A stretch of 60,109 bases of DNA, from positions 1 to 60,109 of the forward strand of contig CAVVHE010000007.1 in the NCBI GenBank assembly GCA_963748015.1, in the 5' to 3' direction. The notes under the pieces are model-generated. The model worked only from the letters and a program-made list of their open reading frames with translations. It was not told where the DNA came from and made no database searches. This stretch comes from Terriglobia bacterium (lineage in GTDB: Bacteria; Acidobacteriota; Polarisedimenticolia; Polarisedimenticolales; JAIQFR01). Each line of letters begins with the position of its first letter. Within the stretch, counting starts at the first letter, position 1. A program made the position numbers and the translations under genes. Below are positions 46,329 to 58,000 of the stretch, in pieces.

Positions 46329-46948
46329 CGCGGCCTCGCCGGACGGCGGGGGCGCGCGGAAGCGACGCGGGCGCCGCCCGTTCCCTCGCCGATCCCGGCA
46401 ACCGCCAGCAGGCGGAGGAGCTCGCCGACCACCGCCCCCCGGCTGTCGCGCCCCATCTTCACGAGCACGATCCGGGGATCGTGGCGGACCTTCTTGGGGA
46501 ACCCGACGCCGTGGCTCGCGACCGTGGCGAGCAGCGGCACGTCGCCCGACAGAAGGCGCTCCACGGCGTCGCGGAACGCGGTCGAGAACGACTCCATCTT
46601 TCCCACCTCGTCCAGGACGACGAGCTGGGTATCGAGGCCGGGGGTCAGCGCGGGGACGCCGGTGGCGTCCAGGTCCTCGGCGCTCACCGTGTACGGCCCC
46701 AGCCGGTAGGGGCCGCCGCCTCCCACGCGCGCCAGCACGAACTCACGTCCCTCGAGGGTGATGCCGCGAAAACCGGCGCGGCGCGCTCCCTCGCGGAACT
46801 CCTCGGTCAGGAACCCGGTCATCCGCACGGAGCCGCGCAGCCGCTCGACGACCCGGCGGATTGCCGTGGTCTTGCCGCAGCCGGGATCCCCGGTCAGGAA
46901 GATCTTAGGAGCGATGCCAAGCTCCTCTCGCCGGCCGCCACCCGACAC
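46325..46948 (-). CDS. Nucleoside triphosphatase (NTPase_1/THEP1 family)
   Basis: IFLTGDPGCGKTT, GFLTEE, LDEVGKME. Confidence 0.88.
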   Translation of the reverse strand: MSGGGRREELGIAPKIFLTGDPGCGKTTAIRRVVERLRGSVRMTGFLTEEFREGARRAGFRGITLEGREFVLARVGGGGPYRLGPYTVSAEDLDATGVPALTPGLDTQLVVLDEVGKMESFSTAFRDAVERLLSGDVPLLATVASHGVGFPKKVRHDPRIVLVKMGRDSRGAVVGELLRLLAVAGIGEGTGGARVASARPRRPARPR

Positions 46949-47000
46949 GCGGCCGGCGCCGCGCCCTGGAACCCCATCGCCACCAACCTCGGCCCCGGAA

Positions 47001-47076
47001 TGGCAGGGGAGACAGGAATCGAACCTGCAACCCCCGGTTTTGGAGACCGGTGCTCTGCCAATTGAGCTACTCCCCT
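47001..47076 (-). tRNA. tRNA-Trp (CCA)
   Basis: AGGGGAGTAGCTCAATTGGCAGAGCACCGGTCTCCAAAACCGGGGGTTGCAGGTTCGATTCCTGTCTCCCCTGCCA cloverleaf with encoded CCA end. Confidence 0.97.
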
Positions 47077-47196
47077 ACGCGCCGATCCGGATGCCGGGAC
47101 GCCGCGGCCACCCGAGCTATCTCGCTGGCGCCCAAGCGCTTGGCGTAAGAACGGGTGAACGGCGACAGGCCAGTGTACACGCCGCCGAAGGCGAAT

Positions 47197-47832
47197 TCAA
47201 CCGCTGCGCCGCCGCCACGAGCCCCGGTGGCGGCCGCGCCCCTGGACCTCGTACTTGGCCTCGAAGTTGGTGAGCGGGGCGTCGGCCGGGAGGGGGAAGT
47301 CGTCGCCGCCGAACGCGGGCAGCCTCTCGAACGCGGGATGCGAGTCGAGCAGCGGCTCGATGGCGGTCCAGTACTCGTCGTGGTCCGTCGCGACGTGCAG
47401 CCCGCCGCCGGGCTTCAGCGTTCTCGCCAGGTGCTCCACGGTGGAGAGCTGCAGGAAGCGGCGCTTGTGGTGCCGCTTCTTGGGCCACGGGTCGGGGTAG
47501 AAGACGTAATACGTGTCCACCGAGGCGTTCGGGATGCCCCGGGCGACCAGCTCGCGCGCGTCCACGCGGACGAAGCGGATGTTCTCGAGGCCGCGCTTCT
47601 CCGCCCGGGACTCGGCGATCCTCAGGTACTCGTTGGCCCACTCGACGCCGAGGTGGTGCGCGTCGGGCCGGGCCGCCGCGACGGCAAGGAGGAACTTCCC
47701 CTTGCCGATCCCGATCTCGACCTCGACACGCCCCTCCGAGCCGAACACCTCGGCCCAGTCGAGCCCGTCGAGAGCCCGGTCGGGATCGAGCCGAAGCCGA
47801 GACACCACCGCAGCCGAGGCGTTTTCGCTCAT
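47197..47832 (-). CDS. trmB: tRNA (guanine-N7)-methyltransferase
   Basis: VEIGIGKG, YPDPWPKKRHHKRR, ATDH, TNFEAK. Confidence 0.95.
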   Translation of the reverse strand: MSENASAAVVSRLRLDPDRALDGLDWAEVFGSEGRVEVEIGIGKGKFLLAVAAARPDAHHLGVEWANEYLRIAESRAEKRGLENIRFVRVDARELVARGIPNASVDTYYVFYPDPWPKKRHHKRRFLQLSTVEHLARTLKPGGGLHVATDHDEYWTAIEPLLDSHPAFERLPAFGGDDFPLPADAPLTNFEAKYEVQGRGRHRGSWRRRSG

Positions 47833-47842
47833 GCGCTCATTC

Positions 47843-47917
47843 TAGAGGAATTCAAACGGGGACAGCAACCTCGCGCGGTTGCTGTTCCCCGAGATGGTTG
47901 CTGTCCCTCGTTCGAAT
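47843..47917. repeat. REP-like hairpin (family C) copy 2 with duplicated right arm
   Basis: TAGAGGAATTCAAACGGGGACAGCAACC..GGTTGCTGTTCCCC..GGTTGCTGTCCCTC. Confidence 0.78.
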
Positions 47918-47920
47918 CTC

Positions 47921-49230
47921 CTACATCGCGACGGGGCCGGGGGTGTCCGCGCCTTCGAGAAGGCCGAGGATCGTGCCGACGAGGTAGAGGGAGCCGGCGA
48001 CCAGGATGAAGCTGCCGGGGGACGCCAGCGCGCGGGCGCGGGCGAGGGCGGCGGCCGGATCGGCGACGGTCTCGATCTCGAGGGCCAGCCCGGCCGCCTG
48101 GCGAGCGAGCTCGGCGGGCTCGGCCGCGCGGTCCACGGGAGGCCGCGTGAAGACGGCCGCGCGGACGAGCGGGGCCAACGGCTCGAGGATGCTTCGCGCG
48201 TCCTTGTTCGCCATCGCTCCGAAGAGCAGGACGGGCGGGTCGCCGCCGCGCTCGCGGAGATAGGCGGCCAGGGCCTCGGCTCCCGCGGCGTTGTGGGCCC
48301 CGTCCAGGAGGATCGGCGGGGCGCCCTCGACCCACTGGAGGCGCCCGGGCCAGCGCGTCCTCGCGAGGCCGCGCCGGACCGCACCCGGATCGATCGCGAT
48401 CCCCGCCGCGCGGCCGAACTCCTCGAGGGCCACGATCGCGACCCTCGCGTTCTCGACCTGGTGCAGGCCCGGCAGCGGGACGGACAGGCCGCCGTACCTC
48501 GCCGCCGCCGTCTCGACCGTGAACGTTCCCGCCGGCCCCGGAGCGACGGTCGCCGCCGACGCCGCCTCGATCATCGTCGCGCCGGCCTCGCGCGCAGGCG
48601 CGCCGCAGGACCTCGAGCGCCTCGGGCCGCCGGACGCCGGTCACGAGCGAGCGCCCGCGCTTCACGATCCCGGCCTTCTCGGCCGCGATCTCCGCGATCG
48701 TCTCCCCGAGCCGGTCGGTGTGGTCGAGGTCCACGGTCACGATCACCGAGAGCGCCGCCTCGACGGCGTTCGTCGCGTCGAGCCGGCCGCCGAGGCCCAC
48801 CTCGAGCACCGCCGCGCCGATCCCCGCCTCGCGGAACGCGTCGAGCGCGGCGGCCGTCATCACCTCGAAGAACGACGGGTGGGCCTCGAGCCCGCCGTCC
48901 GCCAGCGCGCGCTCGATCGCGGCCTCGCACCGTCTCGAGGTGGCGGCCGAGATCGTCCGGGGCAAGGTCGCTCCCGGCGATCCGCACCCGCTCGCCGGGG
49001 CGAACGAGGTGCGGCGACGTGTAGAGGCCGGTCCTGCACCCGGACGCCGCGAGCGCCGCCTCCATCATCGCGGCCACGGAGCCCTTGCCGTTGGTGCCGC
49101 CGACGAGCACGGACGGGTACGCCGACTCGGGATGGCCCAGGCGATCGAGGAGTGTCGAGATCCCCCCGAGCCCGAGCTTGATCCCGAATTGCTGCAGCCC
49201 GTAAAGCCATCGGATCGGATCGCCGGCCAT
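47921..49230 (-). CDS. folC: Folylpolyglutamate synthase/dihydrofolate synthase (two apparent frameshifts near 48940 and 48595)
   Basis: GTNGKGS and YTSPHL; FFEVMT, EVGLGGRLDATN, DHTDRLG, EKAGI; WPGRL, LDGAHN, GSLYLVG across three frames. Confidence 0.9.
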
Positions 49231-49275
49231 CCCGCCCATAATAGCGGGCGGCACTCGCCACCGGGAGAGCACGTC

Positions 49276-50844
49276 GTGCAGGGTAGGCTGGCATGGGTGG
49301 TCGTCGTCGCGGTTCTCGCCGCGGGGCTCCTCTGGGGGGCGTGGAGCGTGCCGCTCCTCGATCCCGACGAGGCGCGGTTCGCCCGCACGTCGCTCGAGAT
49401 GCTCCGGGCGGCCGATCCCGTCGTGCCCACCTTCGAGGGACAGCCGCGGCTGACCAAGCCGCCGCTGCTCCACTGGATCCAGGCGGCGCTGTTCCGCGTG
49501 CTGGGGCCGAGGGAGCTCGCCGCGCGGCTTCCTTCGATCGCCGCGACGCTGGGCCTGCTCCTCATGACCTTGGGGGCCGTGCGGCGGCGGTTCGGCGACG
49601 AGGGCGCGGCCTGGGCGGCGGCCGCCTTCGCGGCGTTCCCGCTCGTCGTCGCGCTGGGGAAGATCGGCACCATCGACGCGCTGCTCTCGCTCCACGTCGG
49701 CGCGGTGCTCGCGCTCGAGCTGGCGGGCACGCGCGAGCACCGGTCGGCGGTGCCGGCCGCGATCGGCGCGGTCCTCGGCCTCGCGTTCCTGGCGAAGGGG
49801 CCGGTCGGGGTGGTCGTGCCGCTCCTCGTGATGCTGGGGGGGCGCACCGCGGTCGGGGGCGAGGTCGTCCCGCCCGTCCGGGCCTGGCTGCTCGGGGCCG
49901 CGGCCTGGTGCGCGGTCGTGCTTCCGTGGGGGCTCGCGTTCGTCCGGCGCGTCGGCGTTGCCGACACGGCGGGGCTGATCCGGCGCGAGGCGCTGGAGCG
50001 CTACTTCTCGGACGACACGCTCCACGGCAAGCCGTTCTGGTTCTACCTCGTCGTCGTCGCCTTGGGCTTCTTCCCGTGGGGCGCGACGCTCGTCCTCGGC
50101 GCGGTCCGGGCGCTCCAGAGGCGCCGCGACCCGGCGGCGCGCACGGCGGCCTACGCCGCCGCGGGTCTCGTCGTGTGCCTCGCGTTCTTCTCGATCGGGC
50201 GCGGGAAGCTCCCCAGCTACGTCCTTCCCTTGGCACCGCTCGCGGCGATCGTGATCGCGTGGGAGATCGGGCAGGAGACCGCCGCGGCGCGGGGACGGAG
50301 GGCCGGGCCGCTCCTGGCGGCGGCGAGCCTCGCGATCGGCGCCGCCGCGTTGGCCGGGGCGGCCCTCGCGGGAGTCCGGCCGGAGCTCCGCGCGGCGATC
50401 GCGACCGGCTCGGCGATCCTCGGGGCCGGCACCCTGGCCGCGATCGCGGGGCTCGCGAGGGGCCGGCCGCGAGAGGTCCACGCGGCGGTCGCGGCGGCCG
50501 GTCTCGCGTTCGCGATCGTGTGCTCGGCCATCGCGTTCCCGGTCCTCGGGAGAGACCGGAGCGCAGCGGGCCTCGCCCGCGACGTACCCGCGCTGTCGTC
50601 GGGCCGTCCCGTGGTCACGTTCGAGAAGCACCTGCCGACCCTGACCTTCTACCTGGACCGCGCTCTCGAATGGCAAGGGGTGGCCGAGGTCGGGGAGAGG
50701 GTCGCCCGCCCCGACCACCCGCTGCTGGTGGTGGACCAGGAAGACCTGCCGCTGCTCCCCTCCGAAACGCGGGAGACGATCGAGGAGGTGGGACGCTCCG
50801 GCCGGTACCGCGTCTTCGCCGTCAAGGAACGGGACGGGCGATAG
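49276..50844 (+). CDS. ArnT/PMT family glycosyltransferase (GT83-like)
   Basis: DPDEARFA, KPPLLHW, LAKGPVG, HGKPFWFY, KLPSYVLP. Confidence 0.9.
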   Translation: MQGRLAWVVVVAVLAAGLLWGAWSVPLLDPDEARFARTSLEMLRAADPVVPTFEGQPRLTKPPLLHWIQAALFRVLGPRELAARLPSIAATLGLLLMTLGAVRRRFGDEGAAWAAAAFAAFPLVVALGKIGTIDALLSLHVGAVLALELAGTREHRSAVPAAIGAVLGLAFLAKGPVGVVVPLLVMLGGRTAVGGEVVPPVRAWLLGAAAWCAVVLPWGLAFVRRVGVADTAGLIRREALERYFSDDTLHGKPFWFYLVVVALGFFPWGATLVLGAVRALQRRRDPAARTAAYAAAGLVVCLAFFSIGRGKLPSYVLPLAPLAAIVIAWEIGQETAAARGRRAGPLLAAASLAIGAAALAGAALAGVRPELRAAIATGSAILGAGTLAAIAGLARGRPREVHAAVAAAGLAFAIVCSAIAFPVLGRDRSAAGLARDVPALSSGRPVVTFEKHLPTLTFYLDRALEWQGVAEVGERVARPDHPLLVVDQEDLPLLPSETRETIEEVGRSGRYRVFAVKERDGR

Positions 50845-50927
50845 CTCGCTTGACGGTCCGAGAGGACCCCTGGTAGGGTGGGAGGCGCGCGCCACCCATA
50901 ACCGGAAAGGAAGCGGACCGACCCAAC

Positions 50928-51827
<900 letters not shown>

Positions 51828-52004
51828 CCCGCCTCCCAGGATCGACGGCATCCTCCGAGGTCCGAACGGACCTTCCGGTGGCCCCGACCGCCGACGCCGC
51901 TGCATTCAAGATGCTTGTTTTCAACAAGATAACGAGTCGCTTGTCATGGGCGAGCGCAACCATGCGAGATTTCTACTCCGTTGGGGTTCGTATAGTCTAG
52001 GAGG

Positions 52005-52511
52005 ATGTTGGTGTCCGACCCCGCCGAGGCGTTCGAGCGTCACCACCTGGCGGTCTACCGCTTCCTTCTCCGGATGAGCGGAGACCGCGCGGCGGCGGAG
52101 GAGCTGACGCAGGACACGTTCCTCCGGGCGGTGCGCATGGCCGCGGGTCCCGACGGGTGGCAAGCCGAATCGGAAAGGTCCTGGCTCTTTCGCGTGGCGA
52201 GGAACCTGTTGCTCAACCGCCGCCGCGACGACGAGCGGCGTCCGAAATGCTCGCCGCTCGAGAACGCCGAGGCCCTAGGAATCGGAACGGGTGCCCAGGA
52301 AGACAGGGCCGCGCTTCGAGAAGCCCTCGAGGCGCTCGCCTTCGCCGATCGCGAGGTGGTTCTGCTCCGGGAGCTGGGAGGCTTGACCTACGACGAGATC
52401 GCCGGCGTCACGGGAACCACCCAGGACGCCGTGCGCTCGCGCCTTCACCGGGCGAGGCTGGAGCTTCGTGACGCTCTCCGCTCCCGGGAGCAAAAGGAGT
52501 CGACGCCATGA
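52005..52511 (+). CDS. ECF RNA polymerase sigma factor
   Basis: AEELTQDTF, WLFRVARN, LTYDEIA, VRSRLHRAR. Confidence 0.93.
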   Translation: MLVSDPAEAFERHHLAVYRFLLRMSGDRAAAEELTQDTFLRAVRMAAGPDGWQAESERSWLFRVARNLLLNRRRDDERRPKCSPLENAEALGIGTGAQEDRAALREALEALAFADREVVLLRELGGLTYDEIAGVTGTTQDAVRSRLHRARLELRDALRSREQKESTP

Positions 52512-52921
52512 GTCAGGATCCATCGGAAGTCCTGTCCGCGCTCCTGGACGGCGAGGATGTGGAGCCGGAGGAGCTGCGCGCGGCGATGGCGCGGCCGGGT
52601 GCAGGCGAGCTTCTCCGCGACCTGGCGCTGCTTCGCGCGAAGATCCGCGCCGACACGGCCGAGCCCTCCGAAGCGTTTCGGCGTCGGATGCGCGCCGCGC
52701 TGCGCGAACGCTCCCTCGAGGAGCCGCGCCGGCTCCGCTGGCTCCGCGTGGCGGTGCCGATGGCGGCGGCGGCCCTGGTCGTCCTGGCGCTCTTCCTCTG
52801 GATCGGGGGACGTTACGAAGGAACCCGCGGACGCGCCGCGGACCGCCCGCCAAAACCGGATCAGGTCCTTCGCTTCGAGCCGGGTACCGAGTGGATCTCG
52901 GATCGGAAGGGGACGTCATGA
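52508..52921 (+). CDS. Putative single-TM anti-sigma factor (RseA-like N-terminus)
   Basis: EVLSALLDGE motif, one TM helix, ATGA coupling to the sigma gene. Confidence 0.75.
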   Translation: MSQDPSEVLSALLDGEDVEPEELRAAMARPGAGELLRDLALLRAKIRADTAEPSEAFRRRMRAALRERSLEEPRRLRWLRVAVPMAAAALVVLALFLWIGGRYEGTRGRAADRPPKPDQVLRFEPGTEWISDRKGTS

Positions 52922-53973
52922 GAGAGCGAAACGTCTCGCGCATCGCGCTGGCCGTGACGGCGCTCGCGTTCTCGGTCGCGTGGGCCACAGCGCCAGACGC
53001 TGCGGTCGCAACCGCCGGCTCCCGAAAGGACTGGAACGACGCGGGCCTCCGGATCGGCATCTCTCTCGTGCAGACCAGTTTCCAGGACGGGACGTTTGGC
53101 GCGACGGAGACGACCGGCTCCGCCTCGGCGACCGTGCCGCCGGATGCGGCCGGCGTCTTCTACGTAGGCCTTGGGTCCTTCGGGCCCGACGGCCGTCCCC
53201 GCGCGGGCGACCTGTGCTCCGGCTCCGTGGGAAGCCGCCCGCCGGGGAAGGACCTCGACGGGCCGACGCCGGCGATGCTCGCCTCGCATCCCTACGTGTG
53301 GTGGATCGTCGCGCGGCCCATCCCGGCCGAGTTCGGGCGCGTGGCACTCGAGGCCACGTGGTCCCGCTGGGAGGCGGACGGTGCTGGACGCCCGGTACGA
53401 GCCGCGGGCGAGACGCGGAAGATCGCGATGGAGGAAGGGGGCGTGAACGCGCTGGACTGGATCAAGCTGCCGGACTCGGTCACCCCGGAGTGCGCTTCGG
53501 ACGCCTCCATCCGGATCGGAGCTTCCATTCCCGACGATCCCTCGCTGGCGGGCACGCGATTGTCCTTCGACCTCTGGTTCGAGCACCGCGTCCCCGGCGA
53601 GGAGCCGATCCGGCGGCGGTTCCGGGGAGAGGGAAGTCCGGGACAGCCCGTCGCATTCCAGATGGAGCCGGTGCGCCTCGCATCGGCGCGAGACGGACAG
53701 GAAGTCGTACTCCAGGTCGATGGCACCCTCCGCGCGCGCCAGCTCCGGGACGGGACCGTGATGGTGGAGCTGCGGTCGTCGCGCTCGCTCGATCTCGAAA
53801 AAGCCGGTCGGCGATCGTCGTCGAACCTCGGTCTCGGCCGCGGTCGAAAGGTGTTCCAAACGGCACCGGGGAACACCGTGTCCGTCGTCCTTCCCGACCC
53901 GCAGCAGTCCGAGGTCCCGTATGCGTCGTCCGCGGATGCGTTGATTCTGACGGTGGACCAGCCGGCTCGTTGA
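52918..53973 (+). CDS. Exported hypothetical protein coupled to the anti-sigma gene
   Basis: Signal peptide (SVAWA-T), ATGA overlap. Confidence 0.7.
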   Translation: MRERNVSRIALAVTALAFSVAWATAPDAAVATAGSRKDWNDAGLRIGISLVQTSFQDGTFGATETTGSASATVPPDAAGVFYVGLGSFGPDGRPRAGDLCSGSVGSRPPGKDLDGPTPAMLASHPYVWWIVARPIPAEFGRVALEATWSRWEADGAGRPVRAAGETRKIAMEEGGVNALDWIKLPDSVTPECASDASIRIGASIPDDPSLAGTRLSFDLWFEHRVPGEEPIRRRFRGEGSPGQPVAFQMEPVRLASARDGQEVVLQVDGTLRARQLRDGTVMVELRSSRSLDLEKAGRRSSSNLGLGRGRKVFQTAPGNTVSVVLPDPQQSEVPYASSADALILTVDQPAR

Positions 53974-54094
53974 ACTCGCGACCGACTTCAGAGGTGCGAC
54001 TCGAGAGAAAAATGACGGTTCACTGAAACGATCGCCTCCCGACGGGGTTCTTTCATCTCGGACCGGCACGGAAAGCCGGCCAGGAGGTGACGCG

Positions 54095-54619
54095 ATGAGG
54101 ATCCCGAGATTGTCCATGTGGATCGCGCTCGTTCTGGTCGTTCTCGCATCGACGAAAACGTCCCACGCCACCTGCCTCCCCGGCGAATGCTGCATCGAAG
54201 CCGGCTGCTGCCGGGCCACGCGGATCTGCGCGATCGGGGAGACGTGCTCGTGCAGCTTCAATTGCGGTCAGGGCCAGTCCTCGTGTTCCTGCGAGTGCAG
54301 CGGCGGCGAACGCCTCGCGGGAAAGGCCGGCCACCCGGTGATGCGCCAGGAAGCCGATCCCAAGCTGGCCGCTCCTCTCATCGGCCAGGAGGTCGGCATC
54401 TCGATTCGCCACGGCGACATTTCTCTCGAGCACGTGGCGGCGATCCTCCAGAACACGACCCGTTGGTCCGTCGAGGCCCAGGACGACGTTGCGGCCTACC
54501 GAGTCTCCGGGGAATTCCAAGGTGATCTGGCGGACGTCGTGAAGGCCATCGCCGAGTCGTGCGGCGCCGGGTTCTCCGTGGATTCGGAAGCGAAGACGAT
54601 CGTTTTCGGGAAGAACTGA
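54095..54619 (+). CDS. Exported protein: 12-Cys N-terminal module plus STN/FecR-C-like domain
   Basis: AGGAGG RBS; signal peptide; Cys-dense segment; DISLEHVAAIL...RVSGEFQGDLADVVKAIA...TIVF. Confidence 0.65.
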   Translation: MRIPRLSMWIALVLVVLASTKTSHATCLPGECCIEAGCCRATRICAIGETCSCSFNCGQGQSSCSCECSGGERLAGKAGHPVMRQEADPKLAAPLIGQEVGISIRHGDISLEHVAAILQNTTRWSVEAQDDVAAYRVSGEFQGDLADVVKAIAESCGAGFSVDSEAKTIVFGKN

Positions 54620-55033
54620 TCCCGAGAAAGCCGTCAAATAATTGGATGAAATGAGCCAGCGAAAGCACCGCGCCAGAATGGCGCCGGTTCCGTCACCGAT
54701 GGGCGACAGCAGCCGGGCTGCGACGAGAGGTACTGGAGGGGATGATCGGTGGGACGAGCAACCTGGCATTCGGGAGTGCGGCAGGCTCTTCCGCGACAAC
54801 GCGGTCGCCTCGGCGATCGCCGACCGGCTCGTCGAAAAGGAGCTCGTTCATGAGGCCACGCACCTGCGGACTCGGCGTATATTCACTTGAGAGTCCTTCA
54901 GATGTGCAAAACGCGAATCCAGCTCGGCGCCTGTCGTAAGGGGCACACGATAGGCGAACGCTGCCGGAAGAGAAGCGGACGAGCGGCGGCTCAGCGGGCG
55001 TCCGGGGTGTGCACCTCTTCTGACGAGAGCAAC

Positions 55034-58000
55034 ATGCCGCGTTCAAGACTCCGTTTGGCTCTGCTCGGGCTGGCGCTCTTGGCCTTCCTCGCCAGCGACG
55101 TCGGGACGCTGGTGAGCGCTCCGAAACCCAACGGGCCATCGGCCGCCTATGTGCCCGGCGAGCTGATCGTCAAGTTCAAGCCGCAGGCGGAGGGTCGCCA
55201 CAAGGCCTCGGCCCGAGCGGACGTCGCGGGCGAGCTGCACCGCACGTTCCGGTCGAAAGCCGAGCACTGGCGCCTCGGACCCGGGGTCGACACCGAGCAG
55301 GCGATCGCGCGCCTGAAGGCGAATCCCGAGGTCGAGTACGCCGAGCCCAACTACATCCTCACCGCCGACGTGATCCCCAACGACGCGCGCTTCAACGAGA
55401 TGTGGGCCCTGCGGAACACCGGCCAGACCGGGGGAACGCCGGGCGCGGACATCGACGCCACGCTCGCGTGGGACGTAACGGTCGGCAGCCCGAACGTGCT
55501 CATCGGCGTGATCGACACGGGTTGCGACTACAACCATCCCGATCTCGCGGCCAACATCTGGACGAACCCGGGCGAGATCCCGGGGAACGGCATCGACGAC
55601 GACGGCAACGGCTTCGTCGACGACGTCCACGGCTACGACTTCTACAACGACGACGGCGATCCGTTCGACGACCACGGCCACGGCACCCACACCGCCGGCA
55701 CCATCGGGGCGGTCGGGGACAACGGCATCGGCACGGTGGGCGTGAACTGGAACGTCAAGATCCTGTGCCTCAAGTTCCTGGGCTCGAGCGGGTCGGGCTC
55801 CACCGCCGGCGCCGCCGCCGCGGTGGACTACGCCGTCCAGATGGGCGTGGACCTGACGAGCAACTCGTGGGGCGGCGGCGGGTTCTCGCAGGCCCTCTAC
55901 GACTCGATCGCGAACGCCGGCGCGCACGAGATGGCGTTCGTCGCGGCCGCGGGCAACGCCGGAACCGACACGGACACGAGCCCCTACTATCCGAGCGCGT
56001 ACGACCTCGCCAACATCGTCGCGGTGGCCGCCACGGACCCCAACGACGCGCTGGCGTCGTTCTCGAACTACGGCGCGACCACGGTGGACCTGGCCGCCCC
56101 GGGCGTCGCGATCCTGAGCACGCTGCCGGGCGCGTCGTACGGCACGCTGTCCGGCACCTCGATGGCCACCCCGCACGTCGCGGGCGTCCTCGGCCTGATG
56201 CGGGCGCTGGCCCCGAACCTCCCCGTGGCGCAGATGAAGGCGAAGCTGCTGTCCTCGGTGGACAAGGCGAATACCCATCCGAACCTCTCCGGCCTCGTCG
56301 GCAAGTGCGTCAGCGAGGGCCGGCTCAACGCGTTCTTCACCATCGCGGCGCCCGACACCGTTCCGCCCGGCGCGATCGCCGACCTGGCGACGGTGGATCC
56401 GGGCTCCAACACGATGGCGCTGACCTGGACCGCGACCGGCGACGACGGCGGCGTGGGGACGGCGGCCTACTACGAGGTGCGCTACTCCACGTCCCCGATC
56501 GACGACACGAACTGGTCCGCCGCGACCCGTGCGGGCAACGAGCCGACGCCGCAGGTCTCCGGATCGCCGGAGAGCATGGAGGTCCACGGCCTCGCGGCGA
56601 GCACGCTCTACTATTTCGCGATCAAGGCCTTCGACGAGTGGGGCAACGCGGGACCGCTCTCGAACCTCTCTTCCGGCACCACGCTGCCCCCGCCCACGGG
56701 GAGCGTCGATCCGACCTCGGTGTCGGCGGAGCTCTTCACCGGCGGGCAGGCGGACCGGCAGTTCACGCTCTCCAACGTCGGCGTCGGCACGCTCGATTTC
56801 AACATCCCGGCCCCGCAGCTCGGCGAGCCGATGAGCGTCACGCCGCAGCCGCCGCTCCTCGTCGGCAAGGGCGAGGAGGATCCGCGGCACGGCGACCCGG
56901 TCGCGCAGAACTCCGGCGGGCCCGACTCGTTCGGCTATCGCTGGGTGGACAGCGACGAGCCCGGCGGCCCGACCTTCCAGTGGACGGACATCTCGACCAC
57001 GGGCACGAACATCGGGCTCGCGAGCGACGACGCGACGTCCCACGCCGATTCCGCTGGGCTTCAACTTCCCGTTCTACGGGACGTTCTTCGACTCGATCCG
57101 GGTCTGCACGAACGGCTGGGCCTCGTTCACGAGCTCGTCCACGGCGTGGTCGAACCAGCCGCTGCCGAGTTCCGGCGCGCCGGAGAACCTGATCGCCCCG
57201 TTCTGGGACGACCTCGACATGACCAGCGCCGGCGCGCGTGTACTTCCAGTCGTTCGGCAACGAGCGCGATCATCCAGTGGCAGGACGTGCCGTTCAGTAC
57301 GGCGGCTCGGGCACCTCCACGTTCCAGGCGATCCTCGACGCCAGCGGCGCGATCACCTTCCAGTACCTGAACATGACGGGGGCGGTGAACGAGCGCTACG
57401 GTCGGAATCCAGAACGCGGACAAGACGGTGGGGCTCGCAGGTCGCGTTCAACCAGGCGTACCTGCACGACAACCTGGCGGTGCGGATCATCTCGGTCCCG
57501 AAGTGGCTGACACGTCTTCCCGATCACCGGTCGACTCCGCGCGGGCGAGTCCAAGCTCATCAACCTGCACATGAACGCGTCGGGGCTCGAGGGCGGTACC
57601 TACCCGGGCGCCGTCCACGTCCTGAGCAACGATCCGGTGCATCCGGACCTGGTCGTGAACGCGTCGCTCCACGTGACCGGGGCGCCTCAGGTCAGCGTCC
57701 AGCCGACCTCCCTCGCCTACGGTGGCGTGTTCATCGGCTTCGCGAAGAGCCAGGACCTGATCGTCGCCAATCCCGGAACCGACACGCTCCACGTGACCGA
57801 CATCACGCCGAGCGACGCCACGCTGACCCTGAGCGAGCGGGTCTTCGACGTCGCGCCCATGAGATCGCACACGATCCACGTGATCTGGACGCCCGTGACG
57901 GCCGGCGCGTACTCCGGCTCCGTCACGATCCAGAGCAACGACGCGAACAACCCGAGCTTCCCCGTCCCGGTCACGGGCAACGGCCTGATCGCGCCGCAGA

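Noticed and set aside
54950..55015. Possible c-di-GMP-I riboswitch before the S8 gene (GGCGAAC...GGACG)
   Set aside because: Only a loose resemblance; it lacks the GCAAA motifs and a clean GNRA-capped stem. An Rfam scan would be needed.
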